64,000 bases of DNA from Octopus sinensis. Lineage: Eukaryota. Below are positions 1 through 12,279 of the stretch, in pieces. Below the pieces are notes generated by a model that did not search any database, was not told the DNA's origin, and saw only the letters and a program-made list of their open reading frames with translations. The position numbers and the translations under genes were made by a program. The DNA is taken from NCBI RefSeq assembly GCF_006345805.1, contig NC_043005.1, forward strand, positions 105,834,001 through 105,898,000, given 5' to 3'. The stretch's first letter is position 1. Every line of letters starts with the position of its first letter.

Positions 1-121
1 GCACATTTTTACCATTCCATTTCTAGCTGGCTGGTCCTTTTGCCTGAAAATCTTAGCTTTTCTAGATTATAACTTAAATATTTCCCAACATACCTAAATG
101 CACTAATAATAATTATTGATC

Positions 122-505
122 TCATCATCATCATCATCATCATTTAACGTCCACTTTCCATGCTAGCATGGGTTGAACGATTTGACTGAGGACTGGTGAA
201 CAAGATGGCTGCACCAAGCTCCAATCTTGATTTGGCAGAGTTTCTACAGTTGGATGCCCTTCCTAATGCCAACCTCTCTGAGAGTGTAGTGGGTCCTTTT
301 TACGTGCCACCGGCATGAAGGCCAGTCAGGCAGTACTGGCAATGACCTCGCTCAAATCTTTTACACATGCACCAGCACAGGTGCCAGTAAGGCGACGTTG
401 GTAACGATCACGCTTGAATGGTGCCCTTTTATGTGCCACTGGCATGGAAGCCAGTTGGCTGCTCTGGCAATAATCATGCTTGGATGGTGCTCTTGACACC
501 CAATG
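122..505 (-). mobile_element. RTE-clade LINE 3'UTR fragment with (ATG)n tail and ~63-bp internal repeats
   Basis: Starts (cat)n-ttaacgtcc...ggatgcccttcctaatgccaac; homologous to copies at 8240, 25251 and 30498, two of which retain the RTE ORF end. Confidence 0.8.
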
Positions 506-999
506 TAAATTTTCCTTGAGCAGGTCACTCCATTCCATTCTGCAGTTAGAAACAAGCACCAACCTTCTGCAAGTTCAGTTTTTCTCCCTCCAAGTTGTCT
601 AACCTTTATGTTGCGTTGGGTGTGTGGGGTGTTGAAAGGGTGTATGAATCTGCTCACACTAGCTACATAGGTACCTAAAACAATTAATGAAAGTATGGTG
701 CAGGTTTCCAGATCATACTCCCTTGTGGGTGATGGCTTAGCCAAATATAAATTTATAATCAAGGGATAATAGCTGTTTGTTTTAAAGCAGTTATTCATAG
801 ATATTTTCCTTCTCACTGAAAAGAAATGTTAAAGAAATGTTCACATCTGCAGGGTAGAAATGTTTATGATTGTTTGTAAATTTCAGCTGAGTGCTGGGGT
901 CAGTGTAATTGACTTGAACACCACCTCCACTTTAAATTCCTGACTTTGTGCCAAAATTTGAAACCAATATTATTTTCACCCTCAAGTTACAGAAAATAT

Positions 1000-1870
1000 A
1001 CATTTGCATAGCCTTTTTGTAGTACACAGTGTTGCCTTTCCAGGTTTTTGTTGAGGTACATTAGTCCTATAATGTTGTGGTTGCATGGAAGGTCATTGCA
1101 AATGAATACTTCTTGAGACTTGTACAATGTTGATGTCTTAAATAATCAGCACTTGGTGAATGTATTTATGTTTCCTGTTTGAGTGGTGACATTCAAAGAT
1201 TACCTGCACTGACTTTAAGATTCTTCCTCACCCTTTTCTTCCAAGAGATCATCTGTCAATATCTTTGTTTTTGTGGCAATTTGCTGTTAGGATCTTGTGG
1301 TTTTGAATGTCTATGGAGCAGGTTTCCTTTATAGACCAATCAAGTGTCCTAAATATTGATGTCAGTTCTGACACTCTAAAGACACTGTGTAAAGTTGATA
1401 CATAATGTATCAACTAGCAAGCAACAGGCCTATATTTTTCTGACAAGTTAATGTTTTCAGTCTTGGCTATACAATTTATCCATGCCATAGTAATTTCAAA
1501 ATCGATTATATAAGTTTTACTGCTGATTTTGGTGTAGTAATATTTCTCGATAGTGTCTAGCTATTATGTATTCTGATTAAAATCTCTCTTTTCATTCCAA
1601 ATCTTAAATCAAAATGATTTAAGTCCTTTTTGATAAGAGGTTCTTTTGACTAAAATATTGTTTTTCTTCAACTTCCTGTATACAACTTATGGTTAATTCT
1701 GTCTGGCTCTAATATTTTCCTGATAAAATTTTTCATCAGAGCCTTGAGTTCTTGCTTTGAAGTTTTAAATTCTTCTTCAAGATTGTGGCATGTAGAATCC
1801 CTATACATTTTTGCTGATTTTTCCAAGAATTGTAGTTGCTGTGCAGTGAACTTATTATTCACTTCACAAC
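1000..1870 (-). pseudogene. Decayed R4/Dong-like non-LTR retrotransposon RT fragment
   Basis: Minus-strand translation near 1385-1470 gives IAKTENINLSEKYRPVAC and, after a frameshift, MYQLYT (cf. the RT motif LIPK..NYRPIACL..MYKLYT); many stops; boundaries approximate. Confidence 0.55.
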
Positions 1871-2329
1871 TTCTGATGATATTTAAATATCTGACTCAGT
1901 CAGATTGTTTTATATTTTCTTTTAGTCTTGTTGTCCACCTGAGTTGCTGATGTTGGATTATTTCATTACTGCCTACATTGCAGAGTCTTCAAGGTGTTCC
2001 TTCTGAGTGACAGTAACTATATTCAATAAATGTTATCATATTCTTTATCAAGTCCCTAGTGATATCATCCATAACTTTTAACATCAGAGTGGTTTTCTTT
2101 TCCTTGGCCTTATCAAAAAAGGACTGTCATTTAAAACTAGCTTAGAGATACATGGGAAATTCTTTTCAAAATGGTTTGAAGCTATGCACATTCCATAATC
2201 ATCTTAATTGGATTAGTTTTTCATAAATGAATTTATATGGAAGCATCCAGTGGTGCGACTCCAGTTCAAGGGCTTAGGAGTTTGGGGAGTTTGGGGTGAC
2301 CTTGTAGTTACCTCCACACCCAGGACTGC

Positions 2330-2680
2330 TCTGGTTCAAAGTGTTAGTGTCTGTCAAGAGTCAAGTTATGGGTCAAACAGTAGAAGATGGTCCTGTTAAT
2401 AAGTCAGACTTAAAGGACTGCTGGCCCCTAAATATGTGCCATACTGCCTCACACGAGTCCCTGATATCATGTGAACCAATCCCCCGGCATAAAAGTTAAA
2501 CAGACCCTGTGCTTCAAGGGTAAGCTTGGAAGAGCAAGAGACTGGCAGAGTTAAGAGAAAATAAACTGACAAACAGTTAACAGGGGAAACTGATGCTGTG
2601 TCATTCGCAAGAAAAATCATGAATCTACCAACTTTAATATGGAGGTTCCTGCTCACTGGCACCTGTAGGCACATGAAGGG
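2330..2680 (-). repeat. Unclassified old interspersed repeat, copy 1 (homolog at 20835-21140 +)
   Basis: Shared blocks ctacaggtg, agattca-gattt, ctgtcagtttattt, agcttacccttga-gc-cag, acaggaccat. Confidence 0.7.
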
Positions 2681-3184
2681 AGAGATAAATATAGTAGTTA
2701 TCTTGTTGAGTGTAGGGATATTGGCAGTGGTTGTGTTGGCAGTAGTGAGTGGTAAGGCTAATGGTTGTGATAGTAATGGAGGCAGTTATTGTAGTGATAG
2801 CTGTAGTTGTAATGGTGATTGGTATATCAGTTCAGACACCTGGATTTAGGGCCAATATCATTGTCATGTACAGCTCATTTAAATTGTGCAAGGAACACAT
2901 GAAATCAAGGACTGAAATTTAATCTGTCAAGGGCTGAAGGTAATTCTGTGTATGAAGTATATATATAAAAGAGAATAGAGGTTATAGAAAACAGTGAACA
3001 CAGAGGTAAAAAGTGAGTGAAAGTGACAGCTCTAAGAGGGAAGCTAAGTGGGAAAATTGCACAGTGTTGAGGTTAGATAATTTTGAAATAAGGATCCTAC
3101 ATTCATGTTAAATCACACATTTGATTGTTTTACTCTCTTCTCATAGCAAACCAATTTATTCCACTTTTGAACTGGTTTTTTTTT

Positions 3185-3323
3185 TTACATTATTTACATT
3201 ATTTACAATTGATGGCTATTTGTCCTCATCTTGTTTGTTGTTAACACAACATTTCGGCTGATATACCCTCCAGCCTTCATCAGGTGTCTTGGGGAAATTT
3301 CGAACCTGGGTTCTCATTCCTAT
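3185..3323 (-). mobile_element. Penelope-like (PLE) terminal-repeat fragment carrying a hammerhead motif
   Basis: RC reads ...acacCTGATGAaggctggagggtatatcagccGAAAtgttgtgttaacaac... Confidence 0.65.
3243..3288 (-). ncRNA. Minimal type-I hammerhead ribozyme (GAAAC->GAAAU)
   Basis: Stem I GACAC/GUGUU, core CUGAUGA plus an extra A, stem II GGCUG/CAGCC, GAAAU-GUU cleavage triplet. Confidence 0.65.
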
Positions 3324-3387
3324 GGGCACATGGTGTAGTGGTTAAGAGCGCGGGCTACTAACTCCAAAATTCCGAGTTCAATTCCAG
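3324..3387 (+). mobile_element. tRNA-derived SINE head
   Basis: A-box tggtgtagtggttaagagc, B-box gagttcaattcc; no acceptor-stem 3' half. Confidence 0.65.
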
Positions 3388-3408
3388 ATTCAACATGACA
3401 AATAATGT

Positions 3409-3570
3409 GACAAGGCTGGCCCTTTGAATTACAGATACAACTCATTTTTGCCATCTGGTTGGACTGGAGCAATGTGAGATGAAATGTGTTACTCAGGACA
3501 CAATGTGCTGGCAGGAATCGAACTCATGATCCTACAACTTTATGATTGCGAGCAAAATACTCTAACTTCC
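3409..3570 (-). mobile_element. SINE family B (tRNA head + CORE-like domain), partial
   Basis: Homologous to the full copy at 10459-10785. Confidence 0.75.
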
Positions 3571-3676
3571 CACCCTCTCTTCTTTACTTTCTCTCTTTCA
3601 CTCCCTTTCTCTCTCTCTATATATATATGTAGGGAGAGAGGGAAAGTTAGAAAGAGAGGGAGAGAGAGAAAGAGAG

Positions 3677-3707
<31 letters not shown>

Positions 3708-4297
3708 CGATAAAGACAGACAGACAGATGAAGAGAGATTCAGACACACAGATATATGACAGGTATCCTCTAGTTTCTATCTACCATTCATTTAGCTTTT
3801 GTTAGTCTGAAGTATAGTAGAAGGCTCCAAACTTCTTAACTTCACAGTCATGCATATCATAAAAACAATAATTATTTAAGCCACAAAACAGCAAGAAGAT
3901 TTAAATATATCCATGTTTAATCATGTGTTGAATTGTGGATGAATTAATTTGAAGGTTAAAAAGCTGAAGTTGAAGGAAGGAACCGTGTCCAGGAACAAAA
4001 ATTATTGGTTTTGAGCTTCTCTAATCTTCTGCAACAAAAGTCATGTAATCTATGACATAAGAGTTAACTTATGGATTTCTGCTATTTTATCAGATACCAG
4101 TGTTACGTTGATAATAATGATGTGCTAAGGACTATGATAAAGAAATGACTTTGACTACGAGAGTTTGGTTTCTTGTAATAAGATTTGGTGCTTTAATGTA
4201 ATGTGAGCCATGAATTTTTGTAAGTATCTCCCATCAACAGATTTTGGTGGAAGTGAGAGGAAGAGGTACAGGTTGGTAACTATAAGATTTAGAAATA

Positions 4298-4513
4298 TTA
4301 ACTCTTTCATTACCAGCCTGGCTGAAACCACCTCTGGCTCTGTAGTACAAATGTTTTGTTTCATAAGTTTTGAATTAAAATCTTAGTCACAATTTCTGTC
4401 CCTAACACTAGCTTAATGATAACTAAGTTATTTTACTAAATTCTTTGTTATATTTTAAATAATTGAAAGTAACACAGAGCATCTCAACAGAAATATGGTA
4501 ATGAAAGGGTTAA
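4298..4513. mobile_element. piggyBac-like MITE (TTAA TSD, ~14-bp TIR)
   Basis: ttaa-ctctttcattacca ... tggtaatgaaaggg-ttaa; second copy at 45278. Confidence 0.85.
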
Positions 4514-7064
4514 GAATATCATTATTCTGGGTAGGATATAGAACTTTTTATGCCTCTGGGTAAGTTGTGTGAGAGAGAGGGAAAGAGAAACAGAGTGAGG
4601 GAGAGAGAGAGAGAGATAGAGAGAAAGAAGGAGAGGGGTATGTAGGCGTGCTGTATTTACTTCAAGAAATAGTGCTTGTAGTCCACAGTTTCTGAATGAT
4701 CAAAAGATTTCTCACATAGTTGCAGTCATGAACACACAGCAGAGATTGAGGTTTCATGACAATACTTAGAAGTGTCTTTAAATAACATGTACAAGACTAA
4801 CTGATACACTAATCACTTACTTAAAAAAAGACTGGCTCCAGCCTTGACTATTAACGTTATAGGTTAGATTGTTGAGAAGGGAGATAACTTAAATACAGCA
4901 AAACATCACTGCAACACAGTTACCCCAATCTTTGTTGTTGTCAAATTACAAGAACAATCTTTAAAATTTCATCTACCGTCGCTATGTCTAAAGGTGAGCT
5001 GTCAATTTGCCAAATAGGACTAAAATATATAGATTATCTGTAAAACAATCTTCTAAACTTATCATTTATCACCTCTACCTTCACTTGTTATCTACCACCA
5101 CCACCACCAACAACAACAAAATATCACCATCACCATCACAACCACCACCGCTATCACCAATAAAAAAAAAACAAGCCAAAATTTTATGAATCTTCAAAGT
5201 TACTTGTTCTATTCTCGTCCACCTTTTCTCAGTCTCATTAAAACACTGTAAGGATGTTAAAATTGAGGAATTCAAACTTTTTTTTGTGGCTTGTTTTGCA
5301 TCTAATTTATTTTTATATATTTGTTTTTAAAGTCTAATCTTGCTTCCGACTTGTCCCAGTCTTTCCCCTTCTCCGTCCTACCAATTTCTTTTTTTCATCT
5401 TCTATTTTGTCTTTTACTTTCCTTAATTTTGTTGTAAGAGTTTTATCACATCACACTTTTAATATACATCTTTTATCATTAATGTATGTATGTGTGTACC
5501 TATGTATGCATCTACATATTGTACTATGTTCATATATATATATAAGTATATATATATGAGTATATATATATATAAATGAATTAATATATATATATATATG
5601 CATGCACATATCAATAAATACATTTATATACACACAAATATAGACAATAGTCACTCACACATACACATATGTATAAATATTTACATATAAAATTATATGA
5701 ATGTACATATTTGAATACGTGTGTATGTATGAAATTCTGTTTACATACATACGAGCATGTGTATATGTATATGTCTGTGTAACTATGTGTATACATATCT
5801 CTTCAAAATAAGCTATTTTCCAAATAATAATTTCATATTTTTATTCTTTTTCCATATTAATAATCACAGACTTTAATTTTTTGGTGCCAAAACTATTATT
5901 TTTTTCCTATTATCTTACATTAATATATTTTTTTTTTCTCACACAGTTTTCCTATTTTTGCAATTCCTATATCTTATTTTTCACTTTTTTTTCAACATTC
6001 AATTTATTTCTCTGATATCTGAATTAGGAATCCCATATTGGATAAACTAAGTAAATAGGAGGGGTTAAAATATTATTTGTATTTGAAAAATTTTCTTTTA
6101 CAAATCAGAGAACTTATACACATACATACGTATACACATACGTATATATACAAATACACATATAGACGTATGTATGTATGTATGTATACACACATATAAG
6201 TGCAAAAATAGAAAGGGAAAATATTGAAGTAAAAAATACTCATTTCTCTCACTCAATCACACATTTTTACATTTTCCTTCAAAACCTCCTCGCTTTCTTT
6301 TAATCTCTCTCTCTCTCTCTCTCTCTTTCTTTCTCTATCATTGTGTCTCTGTCTCTTTCTCTCTCTTGCTTTCTTTCTCTCACTGTTTGTGTCTCTCTCT
6401 CTTTCACTCTATGTCTTCGCAATGACAAAATCAATGGCTAAAGGGGAAATAAAGACAGGCTGGGAGAACTGAGATAATAAAATATGATAAAATATAATGA
6501 AAAAACACATCCAATTGTTGAAAAGAAAGGAATTAAAAAGCAACAAAAAAAAATTTTGATGGGAGAAGAAAAAGAATGGGGGAAGAAAAAATATAATTGA
6601 ATGAAAAAAAATTTCTTCAGAAATAGAAAATGAATTATGACAATTCACACACACTCACACATATACACTCATACTCATTCATACACACACAAACATACAC
6701 ACTCAGCCTGTAAATGAAAAAAAAATGAGAATTATAGAAAAATTCAAAAATAAACATGAACATTCATACTGAAGCAAATGAAGACACACAGATGTGTACA
6801 TACAATCTCTAACGATCATGTGTGTGTGTGTGTTGGGTGTCTGTGTATGTGTGTATTTATACACACACATGTGCACATTGCATATACAGATATATTTAAA
6901 TCAAATATTTCATATATGCTTATGTATGATTTCATTAAAATCAACCCATCTATCCATCTTTGTAGGTAGCTTGCTCTCTCTCTCTCTCTCTCTTTTTCTC
7001 TCTAGCAGTATACACACAGACACACACATAAAGATACATATGTATGTATGTATGTATGTATATG

Positions 7065-7114
<50 letters not shown>

Positions 7115-7999
7115 ATGCATACATATGTGTGTATATATATATGCATGAGTATATGCTTGCATATACTTATATACTTATACATGGATATATTTTTATATTT
7201 ACTTACATGGGTTAAATTTTTTAGTGCAGATATGTACATTTATGTACATATATAGATGAACATTATATATATGCATGTCTGTATGTTGTGTGTATATGCA
7301 TATATATATACATATATATATATAAAACTTCATTACTCTCTGCTTGGGATACTGGTTCCTAAACATCCAAAAGCAATATCTGTATTTCCAATTTTATTTC
7401 TTAATATTCTATTAATGGCTGAAATTAACCATATACAACCCATATATTTCCAATGTAATAGTAGATTTTTAATCTAGACTCCTTGTGAAACTATGTGTAG
7501 CTATAAAAAGCACATTATTAACTGTTATGAAAACCTCATCCTTCATTAGAATTACACCATAAGACAAAGCATATGTATGTGTGTATATGTGTGTGTATAC
7601 AATCACACACACTTGTAAACATATATACACATATATAGATATACTGTAAATGGATCCCACATATTTTTCCATAAACAATATTCCTGTTGTTGAATTATAG
7701 AGTATCTCAGTAATATGACATTGCAAGTTAATAAACCATTGTGAGTAATGTACCATTCTCTACAATTATTTCCTGGCACTTGTGTACCTTTAGAAGAGTC
7801 AGATCTGTTGTAAATACTCAGGACAGTCTTTGCTCAGAATTATTCCATCACTGTTATTGATGGCCTTGGCCACATAGGGTGGCCTCATTGGGTAAAAAGA
7901 CTTGATCCAAGCAGTGGTAGAATGACGAAAGTATAAAACTGGGAAACGGCTTGTTGACTTGCAGCATAACTTCAACTCCTCTGCTGGGTATATATATAT

Positions 8000-8208
8000 C
8001 GCCATGTTGATTCGCTAGCCTCTGCACGCATATTTTTTCTCTCCTTGTTTCTTTCTGTGTTTCTTTTCTGTGTATCTTTCTGTTGAAGAGCGTAGGCTCG
8101 AAACGTAAAAGACTTGTTTTATTTATATTCCTGAGCGCCATACTAATACAATTGTTTGTTTGTATTCCACCTGCCTTCGTCTTTTGTTTATTTTCATAAT
8201 GCTTCCTG

Positions 8209-8209
<1 letters not shown>
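8000..8209 (+). mobile_element. PLE-like terminal-repeat fragment within a (TA)n tract
   Basis: Contains a hammerhead fold at 8075-8112; flanked by (TA)n. Confidence 0.65.
8075..8112 (+). ncRNA. Minimal type-I hammerhead-like motif with variant core CUGUUGA
   Basis: UCUUU-CUGUUGA-A-GAGC(GUAG)GCUC-GAAAC-GUA^AAAGA; stems I and II are perfect. Confidence 0.6.
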
Positions 8210-8239
<30 letters not shown>

Positions 8240-8242
<3 letters not shown>

Positions 8243-8740
8243 TGGTGAAGCATGAGCTTTGAATGTTGAGCCTCACAGAAGCAATGACAGGAGACCGGAA
8301 CCTTTGGAGATAAGCTGTGATTGAGAAGACCCAGAAACTAAAGTGAAATTGTAGCCATGGCTGATGCCAATGTTGCATGTCCGTCCCATTTAAAAGTACC
8401 CTTGATGCATTGGGTGATATGATATACTTGAGAAGACCTGTTGAGTCAAGTAAAATCAAAATCGTAGCTGTAGCCAGTGCCCCTTGACTGGCTCCTGTGC
8501 CTGTAGCACGTAAAAAGTACTATCCGAACATGATCGATGCCAGGCCTGCCTGACTGGCTCCTGTGCTGGTGGTGCATAAAAAGCACCCACTACACTCTTG
8601 GAGTGGTTGGCATTAGGAAGGGCATCCAGCTGTAGAAACATTGCCAGATCAGATTGAAGCCTGGTACAGTTGCTGGGTTTCCAGACCTCAGTCAAACTGT
8701 CCAATTCATCCAAGTCAGCATGGAAAAACAGATGTTAAGC

Positions 8741-8780
<40 letters not shown>
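8240..8780 (+). mobile_element. RTE-clade LINE 3' end (ORF end + 3'UTR + (GAT)n tail)
   Basis: LTEAMTGDRNLWR-like ORF end, ttggcattaggaagggcatccagc motif, (gat)n tail. Confidence 0.8.
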
Positions 8781-8783
<3 letters not shown>

Positions 8784-8859
8784 TCAGAACATAGCGCAGG
8801 CAAAATACTGCTAAGCATTTTGTCCTGCGTGCTAACAATTCTGCCAGTTCTCCACCTTA
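8781..8859 (-). mobile_element. SINE family A, 5' fragment
   Basis: RC of the aaggtggagaactggcagaattgttagcac...gttctgagttc head. Confidence 0.7.
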
Positions 8860-9110
8860 ACTAAAACTACATAATATATTAACTCTGTTATGTTACAACC
8901 ATGATGATTATCTTAATTGTTAGAAGAATCCATGAAAATTCCATGTTTTGTAATGTTCTTATTTCTATTTTCATTCATAAATTTACAGATCTTAATAATA
9001 TTGCTTCATTATGTTGAAGAATTCTAAGACTTTGATTTCCTTCTGTAGTTAAACTTATTGAAACCGTAATTGTCAAACAGATGTCATTATGAACTGAATA
9101 ATATATATGT

Positions 9111-9245
9111 CCAGGCATGGTGTGGGCTTCAAATTCAGTCTTCCTGCATGGTGTCTTGGGAAAGTGTTTTCTATCATAGCCTTAGGCTACCAAAGCCATA
9201 TGAGCCGATTTGATAGACAGAAACTGAAAAATCTTATTGTATAAA
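9111..9245 (+). mobile_element. SINE family C, degenerate 5' half
   Basis: Similar to 11762-11925. Confidence 0.6.
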
Positions 9246-9289
9246 TACATGCATATATATATATATACATACATAGATACATGCATGCA

Positions 9290-9492
9290 TGCATACATAC
9301 ATACATACATACAAACATACATACATACATACATACATACAAACATACATACATACATACATACATACAAACATACATACATACATACATACATACATAC
9401 ATACATACAAACAACATACATACATACATACATACATACATACATACAAACATACATACATACATACATACATACATACGTACATACATACA

Positions 9493-9522
<30 letters not shown>
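9290..9522. repeat. (TACA)n microsatellite (similar arrays at ~13040-13146, 15985-16205, 17065-17162)
   Basis: Direct inspection; source of the MYVC/HTYI pseudo-ORFs. Confidence 0.95.
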
Positions 9523-9524
<2 letters not shown>

Positions 9525-9744
9525 CTTACAGCTTTATACTTATTATTATTGGAGCAACAGGATACATACCGACCCATCTGGAGCAAAGTATAGCTGAACT
9601 TGGGACCTTGAGGGGAAAATGTGAATCCTAAGTTCATATGGCACAAGTGATTATGATATCTGGGACTATAAAAATTTGTGAAACCTTCTTAGGATATAAA
9701 GGATGATGGCTAAATCAAGATGTTTTCCTTCACAACCTTGCTAC

Positions 9745-10020
9745 CAAGTCGGTGGCCATGTGTGTAAGTGTATATGTGTGTGAATGTGCTTGTGCCCCCT
9801 TGTTTTGAAATTGCACTATAGATATAAAACAAGTATCACTGACATACAAGCATTTGCAATCTTCTGTGAAGTTGTTCAGCCCTGGATAAATATTACCTGG
9901 CTTTGAAATAGGTGAAAGTTGGTGACAGGAAGAGCATCTGACTATAGAACACCTGCCCCAGTGAATTTCATCTGACCCATGCAAGCATAGTAAAGTAGGT
10001 TAGAATAGTGCTGATGGTTC
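9745..10020 (+). mobile_element. Old SINE/LINE relic with RTE-type tail
   Basis: ggtgacaggaagagcatc...gacccatgcaagcat tail resembles the RTE 3'UTR end. Confidence 0.55.
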
Positions 10021-10264
10021 TGATGGTCGTTTCTACCACAAGTAATAATGAATGAGCAATGGCCAAACCTTTTGTGGCTGGGGACAGTCAGTAGCTTATT
10101 CCACAAATATTTTTTATCTATTTCTGGAAAAACGAAATGCAAAAGTTGACCCTAACTGGATTTGAACCCAGAATACAAAGATATGTAACTAAACACTCCA
10201 AAGCATTTAATTCAATATTCTATGGGTGATATTTCTACTTTCCAGCCCAGATCTTTTATATTTT

Positions 10265-10796
10265 ATATTTATTTTGGTTATTGGACTGTGGCCATGCTGT
10301 AGCACTGTTTTGAAGGGTTTAGTCAAGCAAATCAACACTGGTACTTATGTCTTCTAAGTATGATACTTATTTTATCAGTGTCTTTTGCCAAACTGTTAAG
10401 TTATGGGTATGTAAACAAGCCAGCACCAGTTGCCAAGTGGTAGTGGTAGCAAACACATCTTAAAGACTCCGCCGGTTACGACGACGAGGGTCCCAGCTGA
10501 TACGATCAACGGAACAGCTTGCTCGTGAAATTAACGTGCAAATGGCTGAGCATTCCACAGACACGTGTACCCTTAACGTAGTTCTCGGGGATAATCAGCG
10601 TGACACAGAGAGTGACAAGGCTGACCCTTTGAAATACAAGTACAACTCATTTTTGCCAGCTGAGTGGACTGGAGCAACGTGAAATAAAGTGTCTTGCTCA
10701 AGGACACAACGCGTCGCCGGGAATCGAACTCACAACCTTACGATCATGAGCCGAATGCCCTAACCACTAAGCCACGCGCCCTCACAGCAAACACAT

Positions 10797-10833
<37 letters not shown>

Positions 10834-10995
10834 TGGGCTTCTACATACATAGTTTCCATCCAATAAACTCATTCACAAGGCACTGGTCAGCCAAGCGCTT
10901 TAGTAAAAGACACTTGCCCAAGGTGCCACACAATGGTATTGAACCTAAAACCATGTGGTTGCAAATCATACTGCTTAATCACACTGCCATGCCTT
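10265..10995 (-). mobile_element. SINE family C interrupted by a SINE B insertion
   Basis: Tail 10265-10458 and head 10786-10995 join into a homolog of 11762-12187. Confidence 0.75.
10459..10785 (-). mobile_element. SINE family B, full length, young, 11-bp TSD
   Basis: TSD agcaaacacat at 10448-10458 and 10786-10796; A/B boxes; CpGs retained. Confidence 0.9.
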
Positions 10996-11638
10996 TGGAA
11001 ATCAAAAAGAAGAAAAAAAGAAACGTTTTAACAAATAATTAAACCCAAAATAACCAGAGGAAGATTTGAACTCACTCCTCTTCATATCAGATTCAATTCT
11101 TCAGTAAAAACTTCTACAGAAATTACTAAACTACTAAGACCACCTTTGCCTTTTTACTATAAATTCTTAGCATTGAAAAACCTAACTCTATTATTTTACC
11201 ATTTTCAATTCTCTGAACAGTTGTAGGAACTTTGCCAAAGTCTCTTTCCATTTTTATATCTGCTGCTTTTTCCCCTTCTTTCTTTCCTTCCTTCTTTCTT
11301 TCTTTTATTTGTTTTTATGTTCTTTTCTATTTTTATCTTCATATTTTTCTTGTCTTATATTCATTTTATTTTTTTGTCCTTGTTATGTGCCATATTTCTA
11401 CCAACATATGAATTATTTCAACTGGGTAGTTATTGAAGAACATGCATGTACACAGCAACTCATATACCCATATATATATTTGTATACACACCAAGTATAA
11501 TGTATACAGATATATGCTTGCATACACACCACACATAACAAATAAACATGCATACTCATATACACATCACAGAGAGCATATGTACTCATATGTCCTTTAA
11601 TTTTCTATAGTCATGATAGCTAAAGGCCATGTTGGAGC

Positions 11639-11690
<52 letters not shown>

Positions 11691-11761
11691 GTTATCTCTT
11701 TCTCTCTCCCTCTCTCTTTCTATATATATTTATATGTATGTATACATATATATGTATATTA

Positions 11762-12187
11762 AGGCGTGGAAGTGGCTGTGTGGTAAGTAGCTTGCTTATG
11801 AACCACATGGTTCTGGGTTCAGTCCCACTGCGTGGCACCTTGGGCAAGTGTCTTCTGCTATAGCCTCGGGCTGACAAAAGCTTTGTGAGTGGATGTGGTA
11901 GACGGAAACTGAAAGAAGCCCGTCGTATATATGTATATATATATGTATATATATATATGTATGTGTGTGTCTGTTTATATGTTTGTGTGTCTGTGGTTGT
12001 TTCCCCAACATCGCTTGACAACCAATGCCGGTATGTTTACGTCCCCATAACTTAGCGGTTTGGCAAAAGAGACTGATAGAATGAGTATTACGCTTACAAA
12101 GAATAAGTCCAGGGGTCGATTTGCTCGACTAAAGGTGGTGCACCAGCATGGCCACAGTCAAATGACCGAACCAAGTAAAGAAAGAGT
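11762..12187 (+). mobile_element. SINE family C (tRNA head, internal microsatellite), full length
   Basis: gtggctgtgtggtaag...gggttcagtccc head; internal (TA/TG)n; homologs at 10265, 51120, 55290. Confidence 0.85.
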
Positions 12188-12279
12188 ATATATATATATA
12201 TGTGTGTGTGTATACATATATTTATATATATATACATATACGTATATATATAAGTGTAATATGCATATGATGATTATAT

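Noticed and set aside
4821-5037. Minus-strand segment with acceptor and gtaagt donor
   Set aside because: Stops in all three frames; alternative acceptors give only short unrecognised peptides
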